A stretch of 64,000 nucleotides of DNA, from positions 1,400,577 through 1,464,576 of the forward strand of contig OZ240237.1 in the NCBI GenBank assembly GCA_965198025.1, read 5' to 3'. Origin of the DNA: Terriglobia bacterium (GTDB lineage: Bacteria; Acidobacteriota; Terriglobia; 2-12-FULL-54-10). Positions 9,308 through 20,039 of the stretch are shown here, in pieces. Under the pieces are notes generated by a model, which saw only the letters and a program-made list of their open reading frames with translations, had not been told where the DNA came from and ran no database searches. How positions within the stretch are numbered: the stretch's first letter is position 1; each line of letters opens with the position of its first letter. The translations under genes were made by a program, and so were the position numbers.

Positions 9308-10408
9308 CTACGAACTTCCCCCCGTTAGCTCCTCGAATAGCCGTTCGTATTGCAGCGTAACGTCTTCCCAGCGGTAGTACCGCCGGACGCGCTCGGCGGC
9401 TCGCTGCCCGTAGTGGGTTCGGAGAGCCGTATCATCCAGTGCAGCATGGATTACTTGGGCAAGCGATTCCGAGGAGTGCAAAAAAGGCATCGCTTCGTCG
9501 CCTGCCACTTCCCGGTTTTCGGGTGTGTCCAAATAGAGGACACAGCGACCGCATCCCATTGCTTCCAGCAGGGCCGGGTGGGTCCCGCCGACCTCGGTGG
9601 CGTGGATGTAGCAAAGCGCGTGGGACTGCAGCTCGCGGTACCCGAGTCCGTAGATGGCGCCGGGAAACAGAATGCGGGGGTCGGTCGTGGCACGGACTTC
9701 GCGGATATATTTCGCGGCATAGGGAGCATCGCCAAGCATGACCAGCTTCAGGTCCGTGTGGACCTGCTCGAACGCCTTCACGACCATCAGCGCGTTGTTC
9801 TCCGGCTCCATGCGGCTGACGTAAAGCAGGTATCGCTGCGGTTCCAGGCCCAAAGCATCAAGGATACCTGTGGTGCTCACGCGTCCCCCATCGGCCCCAT
9901 AGGGAATGAAACAAGACTGCCGCCGATAGCGGGTCCGGTAGTAGTCTTCGATAGTACGCGCGTCCGTAACGATGGCGTTCGGCAGAAACGTAGAGAGCCA
10001 CTCCGAGAGCAGATAGTAGGCCTTTCCGAAAACATTCCACTTGCGCCGGCGGCGCTCAAGCCCATCCACGTTGACGACCGTCTTCATTCCGCCCATACGG
10101 GGCACGAAGGAGAAAATACTGTTGGCTGCATTGCAGATCAAGACGGCGTCGAAAGCGTGGGGAAGAATATGGAACACGGAGAGAAACGTATGGGCCACGG
10201 TGTCGAAGTACTTGTGAGGGATCGTGGGCAACAGGACCAGCCTCACTCCCTTGTAGTGACTGCCTGGATAGTGAATGTTGTTGGTTCGTCCATAGACAGT
10301 GACCTGATGGCCGCGCAAGACCAGCCGCGTGGAGAGCTCCTCCGCGAATGTCTCAAAGCCTCCGTAATTGGCGGGAATGCCGCGAGTGCCGAGGATGGCA
10401 ATCTTCAT
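9308..10408 (-). CDS. Glycosyltransferase family 4 (DUF1972-type N-terminus)
   Basis: Real start MKIAILGTRGIPANYGGFETFAEE at 10408; GGTHPALLEAM. Confidence 0.9.
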   Translation of the reverse strand: MKIAILGTRGIPANYGGFETFAEELSTRLVLRGHQVTVYGRTNNIHYPGSHYKGVRLVLLPTIPHKYFDTVAHTFLSVFHILPHAFDAVLICNAANSIFSFVPRMGGMKTVVNVDGLERRRRKWNVFGKAYYLLSEWLSTFLPNAIVTDARTIEDYYRTRYRRQSCFIPYGADGGRVSTTGILDALGLEPQRYLLYVSRMEPENNALMVVKAFEQVHTDLKLVMLGDAPYAAKYIREVRATTDPRILFPGAIYGLGYRELQSHALCYIHATEVGGTHPALLEAMGCGRCVLYLDTPENREVAGDEAMPFLHSSESLAQVIHAALDDTALRTHYGQRAAERVRRYYRWEDVTLQYERLFEELTGGSS

Positions 10409-10410
10409 GC

Positions 10411-11502
10411 TCAGAGCGGCGGAACCTGTTCGGGTTCCGGCCGAGTCGTCCGGAACGGAAGAACGGGGTAAGTTCCCCGATTGACAGGAGCGGGAACCAC
10501 CGCCACCGGCACGGTGGTCGGGTAAAAGCGGAACCAGCTCTGGAGATACGAGTGGGTAACGCGGCGGCGGCGCTGAATGACCCGCCGTTTGGCAAGCATC
10601 CGTCGCCAGTGGCGCGCCACCTCCAGGAAAGCTGGCAAGGAACCGCGTTCGGCTAGCAGGCAGTAGGTCACGATAGCTAGGTCCCGTGCTGTGACGGCAA
10701 GAAAATTCCGCAGATACAGTTGCCAAGTGGCGTTCTTCACGCGCATGAAGAACCGGTTTTTGACGGAATGGAAGTTAATCTTCGGAGGGAGCTGTCGGCG
10801 GCATCCGGGAAACACTCTGCGCACGTGATACCCGACCGCCTCGGGAAGATAGAGGCAGCGCCAGCCTTGCAATTGAGCGCGCCAGGAGACGTCGGCATCC
10901 TCGCGGTAGAAGAAAAAGTCTTCATCGAAGAATTCGCCCTCGATAGCGATGTCGTCAATCATCGCACGGCGGTAGAGCGCGGCAGCTGCCGTCGCGCCGA
11001 AGACATAAGCCGGCTGAGCGTATTCGTGCGAGTCGGGACGATGGAACCCGCGGTCAAAATGGCGAAACGTCGGCGTGAAGTAGATGCCGGCGGAATCCAC
11101 TTCCGGTTCGGTCGGTATGCCAAGGTCCGGCAGCGCGCGCAAGAGCTTTCCGCAGACAGTGCCGATCTGCGGGTCCAGGTTCCCGCGCTCGACGAGGAGG
11201 TTGATGAAGTCCGGTGCTAGCAATACATCTGGGTTCAGCGCTAGAATCCAGTCTCCCTTGGCAAGACGGATGGCCTGATTTTGAGCGGTAGTGAATCCCC
11301 GGTTTTCCGAATTCAGGACGACCTGGATGCGCCCGCGGTAGCCTTCGAGCAGAGAGCGAGTAGCGTCCTGGCTGGCGTTATCGACGACAATGATTTCGAG
11401 TGGTGGCCATTCCTGCGCCAGCACAGAATCCAGACATCGCTGAATAAACGGTTCGTTGTTGTAGGTGACGATGGTGACCGAGACTTGATTCGCCCTCTGC
11501 AT
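10411..11502 (-). CDS. Glycosyltransferase family 2
   Basis: VSVTIVTYN, VVDNAS, LNPD, YREDADVSWR; start ATG 11502. Confidence 0.9.
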   Translation of the reverse strand: MQRANQVSVTIVTYNNEPFIQRCLDSVLAQEWPPLEIIVVDNASQDATRSLLEGYRGRIQVVLNSENRGFTTAQNQAIRLAKGDWILALNPDVLLAPDFINLLVERGNLDPQIGTVCGKLLRALPDLGIPTEPEVDSAGIYFTPTFRHFDRGFHRPDSHEYAQPAYVFGATAAAALYRRAMIDDIAIEGEFFDEDFFFYREDADVSWRAQLQGWRCLYLPEAVGYHVRRVFPGCRRQLPPKINFHSVKNRFFMRVKNATWQLYLRNFLAVTARDLAIVTYCLLAERGSLPAFLEVARHWRRMLAKRRVIQRRRRVTHSYLQSWFRFYPTTVPVAVVPAPVNRGTYPVLPFRTTRPEPEQVPPL

Positions 11503-12500
11503 TATCTTTGGCCTAACCAGCCACCCTCGCTTGACCTGGGCAACCTCGGCGGAACCACTCCTCCCCCAGCAGTTCCGCCTTCCACCCCGCGCCAGGATAG
11601 CTTCGCTGCTTTCCAATACGCCCGGAGACGCTCCCTGCGGGGCGATTGTAGCGGCGCCGGCTGGCTTCCGGCCATGTCCGCCACAGCACGCAGCCCCATA
11701 CCTGCCAGTAGGGCCCCCCGGATCACAAACCCAATCCTCCGAGGAAAGTGCTTTTCCACATAATAAAGCAAGTTGCGATACCAGTAAATCTGCTTCTCGC
11801 AAAATGTGATCGATTCGAGCGAATGACCGCCGTAGTGCTCGACGCGGACTTGCGGCAAAAACTGGATCACCCCGCCCCGGTCGCGGAGCCGCTTGCACAA
11901 GTCCACGTCCTCGAACCAAAGCGGAAAGAACGATTCATCGAACCCGCCGCAGGTCTCGAACCGATCCCGGCGGACCAGCAGACAGGCCCCCGCCGGCTGC
12001 TCTACCTCCTGCGGACGTTCGAGGTCAAGATCGAGGCACCGGTAGCGGCGGTTCACTGGATTGCCGGGAAACAGACGGTTCACCAGCAGGACCTCAAAGA
12101 AGAGGGAAGCGGCTGTGGGAAGGCAGCGCACAGTAAACCCAGTTCGCGTCCGCCCGTCGGGGCCTACTAGGCACGGAGCCGCCGCCGCGAGGCATTGGTT
12201 TTCTTTCAGGGCGTCTTCCAATGGTCCGAGGGGATCGGGGCAAACCGTGTCTGGATTCAGAAACAGAATCGTACTTCCGCTGCTTTGGCGGACGCCGAGG
12301 TTCGCGGCGGCGGCAAATCCGAGATTTGAATTCGGGCAAATCAGCTGCACGGCAGGATGCCGCTGGCGGACGAGGTCCGCCGTCCCGTCCGATGACGCGT
12401 TGTCCACAACAATCATTTCCCCGGCTCGGTCTTGCACGGAGTCAAGGCAGGCGGAGACGTGAGCCCTGGAGTTATAGGTAACGATGACGACGGAGATCAT
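11502..12500 (-). CDS. Glycosyltransferase family 2 (WbbL/rhamnosyltransferase-like)
   Basis: SVVIVTYNS, VDNASSDGT, LNPD, WFEDVDLC. Confidence 0.9.
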   Translation of the reverse strand: MISVVIVTYNSRAHVSACLDSVQDRAGEMIVVDNASSDGTADLVRQRHPAVQLICPNSNLGFAAAANLGVRQSSGSTILFLNPDTVCPDPLGPLEDALKENQCLAAAAPCLVGPDGRTRTGFTVRCLPTAASLFFEVLLVNRLFPGNPVNRRYRCLDLDLERPQEVEQPAGACLLVRRDRFETCGGFDESFFPLWFEDVDLCKRLRDRGGVIQFLPQVRVEHYGGHSLESITFCEKQIYWYRNLLYYVEKHFPRRIGFVIRGALLAGMGLRAVADMAGSQPAPLQSPRRERLRAYWKAAKLSWRGVEGGTAGGGVVPPRLPRSSEGGWLGQR

Positions 12501-12546
12501 ATCGGTTTCGTTAGGCTGTTTCGATCACGCGGTTCGAACAGCGCCC

Positions 12547-13623
12547 TTACGGGGCGGTCCGCAGGCTTTGTTTGGCGGCTTCCGGATCGCCCCGCAGAGG
12601 AAACAGGCCGAAGTAAAGCTTCCAGAACGTGTTGTGCTCCCGGCGATCCGGAGCGAGGACGTCGTCATGGATTTCCCGTTCGGAGGCTTTGAGCCGTGAC
12701 AGGAAGGCTTGGGCGTCCTTGGATCGCCACGGCGTGCGACTACGGACGGCACGGGGCAACCGGCGAAGAAAGCCCGCCAGACCCGCCAGGTACGCACCCA
12801 AACGGCGCTTCCGGATGGAAAGCATCGCCCACAGGAGCTGGGCCCAAAGAATGCGGGGAGCCAGTCGCGATAGGGCAGCCACGGGAAAATGCTTGGCCAG
12901 CAACAACAGTTGATTCTGTGTCAGTAGGCGGAAAACAGTAGCCGAGTCAGGCCCACCCAGGGTTGCTCCTCCCCGATGTCGACACGTGGCCTCGGGAAGA
13001 TAGAACCCTCGAAACCCCGCTCGCGCAGCACGGAGTGACAAGTCTATGTCCTCCAGGTACGCGAAAAAGTTTTCGTCGAACGGCCCGATCCGGTCGAACA
13101 CCTCTCGGCGAAACAAGGTCGCTGTTCCCGAAACTGCCCAAACCGGGCGCGGGAGATCGAAGACCCCCGGGCCCTTGCGCCCAAAGCCCAGCCGCCATGC
13201 CGAGCCGCCAAGCGACAAAGCATCGCCGGCATTGTCCAGCTGCCGCCCATCGGCTTGGTAAATCTTCCCGCAACAATAGGAAATCTCAGGGTGCTGTTCG
13301 AGAAAGCTAAGCGTCCGTTCGAGCCAGTTCGGGTCTAGCTCGACGTCATCATTGAGCACCAGAATGCTTGGTGACCTCCCGGCTGCAGTAAGTCCGGCAT
13401 TGACGGCAGCCGCGAAACCGCGATTGCTAACCAGGTTGATCAGGGCGCTCCCGGCGGACTTTGCTGCCAGAGCCGCTTCCTCGCCAGCCCCGTTCGAGAC
13501 GACTACGGTTTCAAACTCTCTAACAGATTGCCGGGCAAGAGATTGCAAACAATTCGCCAGCAGATCCCCACGGCGCCAGGTCGGAATCACGACCGTCACT
13601 CTGCGTTCTGCTTTTGTCGCCAT
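12547..13623 (-). CDS. Glycosyltransferase family 2
   Basis: VVIPTW, LNDDV, FFAYLEDIDLSLR. Confidence 0.88.
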   Translation of the reverse strand: MATKAERRVTVVIPTWRRGDLLANCLQSLARQSVREFETVVVSNGAGEEAALAAKSAGSALINLVSNRGFAAAVNAGLTAAGRSPSILVLNDDVELDPNWLERTLSFLEQHPEISYCCGKIYQADGRQLDNAGDALSLGGSAWRLGFGRKGPGVFDLPRPVWAVSGTATLFRREVFDRIGPFDENFFAYLEDIDLSLRAARAGFRGFYLPEATCRHRGGATLGGPDSATVFRLLTQNQLLLLAKHFPVAALSRLAPRILWAQLLWAMLSIRKRRLGAYLAGLAGFLRRLPRAVRSRTPWRSKDAQAFLSRLKASEREIHDDVLAPDRREHNTFWKLYFGLFPLRGDPEAAKQSLRTAP

Positions 13624-13815
13624 TCCCAGCCTGCCCCCATTCGGTGTGAACCCAAACCGTGTTCTCAGAGCAATTATAGCAATGAACCCTGCCTATCTGA
13701 GGAAGGGTATTTCGACCGGAACGAGGGCTTGCTTTTGTGCTTACGGCCTTGATGCCCATTTGATAGAGTATTGGTTGACCGGAATCTCCAGAATGGACAC
13801 AGGCGCCGGTAGCTT

Positions 13816-13925
13816 ATGAACCTGACCCGAATCGGTCGTTGTCAGATCCTAGGCGAGTTGGGGCGAGGGGGGGACGGAAGTCGTCCATCGCGCCCACGAT
13901 CCCAATATTGGCCGGTATTTGTCCC
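13816..13925 (+). pseudogene. Remnant of a Hanks-type Ser/Thr kinase N-terminus
   Basis: MNLTRIGRCQILGELGRGG then +1 shift in a G-run to TEVVHRAHDPNIGR, matching kinase subdomain I. Confidence 0.6.
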
Positions 13926-13954
13926 TTCATGCCGTTGTGGTTTAATTCCCAGGA

Positions 13955-15508
13955 ATGTTCAAGATTCTTAGTGCAGCCGTATACGGAATTGACGCGTATC
14001 GGGTTGAAGTCGAGGTAGACCTCAATCCGTCTCGCAGCGACTGGAACTTCACCACCGTGGGCTTGCCTGACGCGGCGGTGAAAGAGAGTCGCGACCGTGT
14101 GCGTTCGGCGCTGCGCAATTGCGGGTATTCCTTTCCCGCGCAGAACATTACGGTCAACCTCGCTCCCGCTGACATGAAGAAGGAGGGCTCGGGGTTCGAC
14201 CTGCCGATGGCGCTCGGCATTCTGGCGGGATTGCAGGAGCTCGAAGCGGAGCGCCTCCCGGAATTCCTGTATGTGGGCGAACTGTCCCTCGACGGTAGGC
14301 TGCGCCCGGTGCGCGGGACGCTTTCGATCGCTGTCAAGACGCGTGAACTGGGCATTCCGAATCTGGTGGTTCCGGCGGAAAACGGACGCGAAGCAGCTTC
14401 GGTCGAAGGGGTGAACGTTTATGCCCTGAAATCCTTGACCGACGCGGTAGAGTTGCTGCGCGCCCCGATGAGCTTCTCGCCGCTGTGCCTGGAGCCGCAG
14501 GAAACCCCCGGACAAAGGACGGATGCGAGCGTCGACTTCCGGGACGTCCGCGGCCAGACGTCAGTGAAACGGGCGCTCGAAGTGGCCGCGGCGGGCGGGC
14601 ACAATATTCTCATGATCGGGCCGCCCGGTTCCGGAAAGACCATGCTGGCCAAGCGCCTCGCCACCGTGCTGCCTCGCCTGACCTTCGAAGAAGCGATCCA
14701 GACCACCAAGGTGCACAGTGTGGCGGGCTCGCTCGACCCGGCGCAGGGCCTCATCGGAGCGCGGCCCTTTCGTGCGCCGCATCATACTATCTCCGACGCG
14801 GGTCTGATCGGTGGCGGCGCCATTCCACGCCCCGGAGAGGTCAGTCTGGCCCATAACGGTGTTTTGTTTCTGGATGAGCTGCCGGAGTTCCCCCGCAACG
14901 TGCTCGAAGTTCTGCGCCAGCCCATCGAGGACGGTCACGTAACGATCGCCCGCGCGGCCATGACGGTCTCGTTTCCGTCGGTATTCATGCTATCGGCGGC
15001 CATGAATCCTTGCCCGTGCGGCTACTTCAACGATCCATCGCACGAGTGCTCCTGCACGCCGCCGATGATCCAGCGCTACGTTTCGAAAATCTCCGGCCCT
15101 CTGCTCGACCGCATTGACCTGCACATCGACGTGCCCCCAGTGAAGTATCGGGAGCTGCGCTCGGGCAAGGTGACGGAAAGCTCGGCCGAGATTCGTGCCC
15201 GCGTCGAGCGCGCCCGGGAAGTGCAGCAGGACCGCTTCGCCGGCTCCTCGGGATCCTCTTCCTCCAAGATTTTTGCCAATGCCCGGATGACGCCGCGCTT
15301 GATCCGCAAGCATTGCCGGCTCGATGCGGCCTGCGAGCAATTGCTCGAAACTGCCATGAACCGCATGGGGCTGAGCGCCCGCGCGCACGACCGCATCCTG
15401 AAAGTCGCGCGTACCGTTGCCGACCTCGAAGCCGCTCCCGAAATCGTCCCCAAACACATCGCAGAAGCCATCCAATACCGCTCGCTCGACCGGACGTATT
15501 GGGCCTGA
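13955..15508 (+). CDS. comM: YifB/ComM family Mg-chelatase-like AAA ATPase
   Basis: [58 protein letters not shown]. Confidence 0.94.
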   Translation: MFKILSAAVYGIDAYRVEVEVDLNPSRSDWNFTTVGLPDAAVKESRDRVRSALRNCGYSFPAQNITVNLAPADMKKEGSGFDLPMALGILAGLQELEAERLPEFLYVGELSLDGRLRPVRGTLSIAVKTRELGIPNLVVPAENGREAASVEGVNVYALKSLTDAVELLRAPMSFSPLCLEPQETPGQRTDASVDFRDVRGQTSVKRALEVAAAGGHNILMIGPPGSGKTMLAKRLATVLPRLTFEEAIQTTKVHSVAGSLDPAQGLIGARPFRAPHHTISDAGLIGGGAIPRPGEVSLAHNGVLFLDELPEFPRNVLEVLRQPIEDGHVTIARAAMTVSFPSVFMLSAAMNPCPCGYFNDPSHECSCTPPMIQRYVSKISGPLLDRIDLHIDVPPVKYRELRSGKVTESSAEIRARVERAREVQQDRFAGSSGSSSSKIFANARMTPRLIRKHCRLDAACEQLLETAMNRMGLSARAHDRILKVARTVADLEAAPEIVPKHIAEAIQYRSLDRTYWA

Positions 15509-15738
15509 GGTTCCGCTCGACCTTCAAGTATTGAGCATAATACAAGATACGGCACTTGGGATTTCCATGCTTTCGCCGTGTGGGTTAGAATAAACGCGAC
15601 TTGCTCGAAAACTGGCAACATCGGCAGGGATGGAAATCCTAGCGTCGCCCGGCAGAGCGGAAGAAGCGAGGGCGCTCGCTGCTGCCTTCCAGTCCGATTC
15701 GTCAAGGTGCCAGATTCGCACCCTGTAGGGGAAGGGAG

Positions 15739-17223
15739 ATGGGAAAAGCGGTGGAGGAGACATTGCGCAGCGGCCTGGTATTCGACGACTTGCGGACGTT
15801 TATTTCCGCGTGCCAGGGAATCGACCGCTGGCGGGTCATCGAAGGCGCGGACTGGAACCGCGAAATCGGGGCACTGGTCGAAGCTACCGCGGAGCTCATT
15901 CCGGACCCTCCGTTGCTACTGTTTCAGAAAATCAAGGGATATCCTTCCGGCCCTTCCGTAGTCAGCCTGCTCGTGGCTTCTTGTAAGCGCGCTGCCCTTG
16001 CGATGGGGCTCCCGCTGGAGAAGAGCAAGCTCGAGTTGGTTCGTCTCGCCGCGCGCAAGGTGCGCGACGCTAAGGCGATCCCCCCGGCGATGGTTTCGAT
16101 GGGACCGGTGATGGAAAATGTTCGGGGCGAGGAGGAGGCGAACCTGCTCGAATTCCCCGTTTTGCAATTTCACGCCCGGGACGGAGGGCGCTACATCGGT
16201 ACCGGCGACGTCCTCATCAACCGTCATCCGGACACAGGCTTCCTCAACATGGGCACGTACCGCATGCAGGTACACGAGGGGAATCAATTAGGCCTGTGGA
16301 TGAGTCCCGGGCAACACGGGCGGCTCATCTGCCAGCAGTACTGGGAGCGCGGACAGAGTTGCCCCGTGGTGGCAGCCTTCGGAATTGATCCCTTGATCTT
16401 CATGGCCTCGCACACCAAAATTCCGTGGGGGAAGTCCGAGCTGGATTTCGCGGGAGGATTGCGGGAGAGGCCGGTCGAAGTCATGCCAGGTCCGGTCACG
16501 GGCCTGCCGATCCCGGCGCACGCGGAAATAGCCATTGAGGGCGAGGTTCCGCCCCCCTCGATCGAAGCTCGCGACGAAGGGCCGTTCGGGGAATGGCCTG
16601 GATATTACTCGGGTGGGACGCTCGGCACTGGACTGCCCCAGCCCGTGATTCGAGTGAAGGCGCTCTATCATCGGACGAACCCCATCCTTGCCGACGAAGC
16701 CCCCATGTGGCCTGGCGCTCCCAAGTACGCCTTGCCGATCTGGGCCGGAACGCTCTGGGACCAGCTCGAAAGCGCAGGCATCCAGGACGTTGTGGGCGTC
16801 TATACGCACTCGGCGTTCCTGGTGGTAGTGGCGATCCGGCAGCGCTTCGGAGGCCACGCCAAACAGGCGGGCCACGCTGCCCTGAGTTGTGCTGCCACGG
16901 CGCGCAACGGCCGCTATGTAGTCGTGGTGGACGAGGACATTGACCCCACCAACCTGAACGAAGTTCTCTGGGCCATGGAGACGCGCGTTGATCCCGCGCG
17001 CGACATCGAGCTGGTGGATGACTGCTGGAGCACGCCCCTCGATCCGCGCATGCCTCCCGAGAAGCGCGAAGCCGGCGATGCCACCAACAGCCGCGCCATT
17101 TTCTACGCAGTGCGGCCCTACCTCTGGCGCGAGAAGTTTCCCGTCGTCAGCCGCTCCGAGCGCGACTTGCGCAGCAGCGTGGTCGAGAAATTCCGCCACC
17201 TGCTCCCGTTTCCGCCAGCCTGA
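15739..17223 (+). CDS. UbiD family prenylated-FMN decarboxylase
   Basis: DGGRYI, NMGTYRMQ, EGPFGEWPGYY, VVVDEDIDP, WAMETRVDP. Confidence 0.92.
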   Translation: MGKAVEETLRSGLVFDDLRTFISACQGIDRWRVIEGADWNREIGALVEATAELIPDPPLLLFQKIKGYPSGPSVVSLLVASCKRAALAMGLPLEKSKLELVRLAARKVRDAKAIPPAMVSMGPVMENVRGEEEANLLEFPVLQFHARDGGRYIGTGDVLINRHPDTGFLNMGTYRMQVHEGNQLGLWMSPGQHGRLICQQYWERGQSCPVVAAFGIDPLIFMASHTKIPWGKSELDFAGGLRERPVEVMPGPVTGLPIPAHAEIAIEGEVPPPSIEARDEGPFGEWPGYYSGGTLGTGLPQPVIRVKALYHRTNPILADEAPMWPGAPKYALPIWAGTLWDQLESAGIQDVVGVYTHSAFLVVVAIRQRFGGHAKQAGHAALSCAATARNGRYVVVVDEDIDPTNLNEVLWAMETRVDPARDIELVDDCWSTPLDPRMPPEKREAGDATNSRAIFYAVRPYLWREKFPVVSRSERDLRSSVVEKFRHLLPFPPA

Positions 17224-17370
17224 TCGGGTTGACTAGGAAATCAGCAGCATCCCCGGCAGTGAGGCTATAATCAGATCGAACCCATTTGGAAAGAGAAAGC
17301 ACAGGGACCGGGTCCCCTGTTGGGATGGGATTGCCGCTTTGTTTCGAGTAGAGTAAGTCGGCCGCGCAAG

Positions 17371-18687
17371 ATGTTTCATTCTTTCGATTTCAATCTCATT
17401 GCTCGGGCGCTCTATCACCGCAATTACCGCCTGTATTCCTACGGGCAGGGTATTTCGCTGATTGGAACCTGGGCGCAGCGCGTGGCGGTGGGCTGGCTGG
17501 TCTATCGTCTCACCGATTCGGCGTTGATGCTCGGTGTGATCGGTTTTGTCGGTGATATTCCCGCGGTTTTGTTTGCTCCCATCGCCGGCGTTCTGGCCGA
17601 CCGCTGGAACCGTTATCGCCTCATCATCATTTTGCAATTTCTCGCGATGCTGCAGGCCGTTGTGCTGGTGGTGCTGGTCCTGACCGATATGGTCGCTGTC
17701 TGGCACATCATCGCCCTGACGCTTTTTTCCGGGATCCTCATCTCCTTCGAAGTTCCGATACGACAGTCGTTCATCATCGAATTGATCGAGCGGCGCGAAG
17801 ACCTCGGCAACGCCGTGGCGCTGAACTCCTCTCTCGTGAACGGAGCGCGCCTGATCGGGCCGTCCATTGCCGGCATCCTGATCGCCACGGTCGGAGAGGG
17901 CATGTGCTTCCTCCTGAATGCCGTCAGCTATGTCGCCGTCATCGGCTGTTTCGTGGCGATGAACATCAAGCCGCAGCAGCGCCCGGCCAAAGAGTCGCAG
18001 TTGCTGGGGGAATTGAAGCAGGGAGTTGCCTATGTGTTCGGATTTCCCCCCATGCGCTCGATCCTGCTCCTGCTCGGCCTGATCAGCCTCATGGGTGTTC
18101 CTTACCAGATCCTGATGCCCGTCTTTGCCAAGGACATTCTGCAGGGCGGTCCGCCGGTGCTCGGCTTTCTGATGGGATGCTCCGGCGCCGGGGCGTTTCT
18201 CGGCGCCATCTATCTTGCTTCCCGCCGAACCGTTCTGGGTCTCGAAACGTTCATCGCCGTGGCCACTGGCATTTTCGGGATCGGGCTGCTGGCGTTCTCC
18301 CTCTCCAGTTTTCTCTGGCTCTCGCTCGTTCTGATGGTTGTCACGGGCTTCGGGATGATTGCGCAGATGGCGTCATGCAACACGATGGTGCAGTCGCTCT
18401 CCGAGGACGACAAGCGCGGCCGCGTGATGAGTTTCTATACCATCGCTTATCGGGGCATGTATCCGATGGGAAGCCTCTTCGCCGGGTTCCTGGCCAGCAG
18501 GATCGGTGCCCCGGCCACGCTCTTCATCGGCGGAATCTGTGTGCTGGCTGGCGGCGCCTGGTATGCCCGCTCGCTCCCCGCCATGCGCGAGGCGATCCGC
18601 CCGGTCCTTGCGGGAACGGGATTCCTCGATGCCGATAGACGGCCGGTTTCGCGAGCGCCCGATCCTCCCGTCGCCATGGAAGAGTAA
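17371..18687 (+). CDS. MFS transporter (MefA/DHA3-like)
   Basis: About 12 TM segments; GQGISLIGTW, GVLADRWNR, RGRVMS. Confidence 0.9.
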   Translation: MFHSFDFNLIARALYHRNYRLYSYGQGISLIGTWAQRVAVGWLVYRLTDSALMLGVIGFVGDIPAVLFAPIAGVLADRWNRYRLIIILQFLAMLQAVVLVVLVLTDMVAVWHIIALTLFSGILISFEVPIRQSFIIELIERREDLGNAVALNSSLVNGARLIGPSIAGILIATVGEGMCFLLNAVSYVAVIGCFVAMNIKPQQRPAKESQLLGELKQGVAYVFGFPPMRSILLLLGLISLMGVPYQILMPVFAKDILQGGPPVLGFLMGCSGAGAFLGAIYLASRRTVLGLETFIAVATGIFGIGLLAFSLSSFLWLSLVLMVVTGFGMIAQMASCNTMVQSLSEDDKRGRVMSFYTIAYRGMYPMGSLFAGFLASRIGAPATLFIGGICVLAGGAWYARSLPAMREAIRPVLAGTGFLDADRRPVSRAPDPPVAMEE

Positions 18688-18730
18688 TGATGGAAGCGTA
18701 ATGGAAGAGTAACGGATGCCCGGGTAGCCG

Positions 18731-19648
18731 ATGCGGTTTCTCAATCTCAGCGTCTCGTTGTTTCCGTTCTGGGCCGTCCTGGGGACCGCTGGCGCCTTGC
18801 TGTGGCCTGGCTTGCTTACACCCCTGGCCCCCGGAATCGTCCCTCTGTTGGGACTTGTGATGTTCGGCATGGGCCTCACCTTGCAAGGCCGTGACTTCCT
18901 CGAGGTGGCCCGCCGCCCGGGCCTGGTTGCCGCTGGATCGGCGCTGCAGTTCGGGCTGATGCCTCTGGCGGCGTGGATTGTCGGCGGTCTGCTGGGGTTG
19001 TCGCCCGAACTGCTGGCGGGTCTGATCTTGGTAGGGGCCTGTCCCGGTGGCACAGCCTCGAACGTCATCTGTTACCTGGCTCGCGGCGACGTGGCTCTTT
19101 CAATCTCCCTCACCGCCGTTTCCACCTTCCTGAGCGTCCTGGCGACGCCTGCCTTGACTTGGCTCTACGTGGGCCAGTTGGTTCCGGTTCCAGTCGTGCC
19201 GATGCTGCGTTCCATCCTCATGATCGTCATCATCCCGGTCCTCGCAGGGGTCCTGGCCAACCACTTTTTCGGCGCCCGGCTCGCCGCCGTGCGCGGCGCA
19301 TTTCCATTGATTTCGGTGGCGGCCATCGTGCTCATCATCTCGATCATTGTAGCGCTGGAGGCCGACCGTGCTGCGGTTCTGGCGGGGACGGTGGTGGCCG
19401 CCGTGGTACTCCACAACACCCTGGGCCTCGCCGTTGGTTACTCGGTGCCGAGATTCCTGGGCCTGGACGAGCGCGTCTGCCGCACGCTCGCAATCGAGGT
19501 AGGAATGCAGAACTCCGGTTTGGGGGTTGCCCTCGCCACGCAGTTCTTCTCCGCCACGGCCGCTCTTCCCGGCGCCGTCTTCAGCGTCTGGCACAATCTG
19601 AGTGGCTCCGTTCTGGCTGGGTGGTGGACGCGGGCAGGGAACAAATAA
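18731..19648 (+). CDS. Bile acid:sodium symporter (BASS) family transporter
   Basis: MFGMGLTL, QFGLMP, CPGGTASNV, IEVGMQNSGL. Confidence 0.93.
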   Translation: MRFLNLSVSLFPFWAVLGTAGALLWPGLLTPLAPGIVPLLGLVMFGMGLTLQGRDFLEVARRPGLVAAGSALQFGLMPLAAWIVGGLLGLSPELLAGLILVGACPGGTASNVICYLARGDVALSISLTAVSTFLSVLATPALTWLYVGQLVPVPVVPMLRSILMIVIIPVLAGVLANHFFGARLAAVRGAFPLISVAAIVLIISIIVALEADRAAVLAGTVVAAVVLHNTLGLAVGYSVPRFLGLDERVCRTLAIEVGMQNSGLGVALATQFFSATAALPGAVFSVWHNLSGSVLAGWWTRAGNK

Positions 19649-19855
19649 ACAGGTTGCCCGTGCCCGCACCATCCGCCGTGCCTTACCAGTTTGGTGTTTT
19701 TATTGGAAAAGGGTCGTAACAGGAGTTTGCGGATCAACCCGCAAGGCCGAGGCCATTTGTTCGAGAGCAATTCGCCCCGGGTTCTACGCAGCCGGGTGGA
19801 TTCGCGGTGAGATCAGGCCGTCCCGGAAGCTCTTACGACTCTCGAGGAGATGTCC

Positions 19856-20035
19856 ATGACAGACACCTCCTCGATTCGCCGTCTAAGCCTCGTTGCCGAG
19901 AGCGGCCTGCCTCTGCTCTCGGTTCCGATCAACACGTTTTTCGTCTTCGTGCAATCCCGCCCGTTCCGGAAGGAAAGGCGGCGCGACATGACACTGCCCG
20001 AAGGGCCCGTCTGGCGGCCCAAAACTGCCCGGTAG
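19856..20035 (+). CDS. Possible small hypothetical protein
   Basis: GAGGAG 6 nt before ATG; no recognisable motif. Confidence 0.25.
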   Translation: MTDTSSIRRLSLVAESGLPLLSVPINTFFVFVQSRPFRKERRRDMTLPEGPVWRPKTAR

Positions 20036-20039
20036 CCCC

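Noticed and set aside
10409-10726. N-terminal extensions given by the ORF track for the GT4, GT2 (to 11919), TBDT (from 26564) and NHL protein (to 22325)
   Set aside because: They overlap neighbouring genes or repeats; family-typical starts lie downstream.
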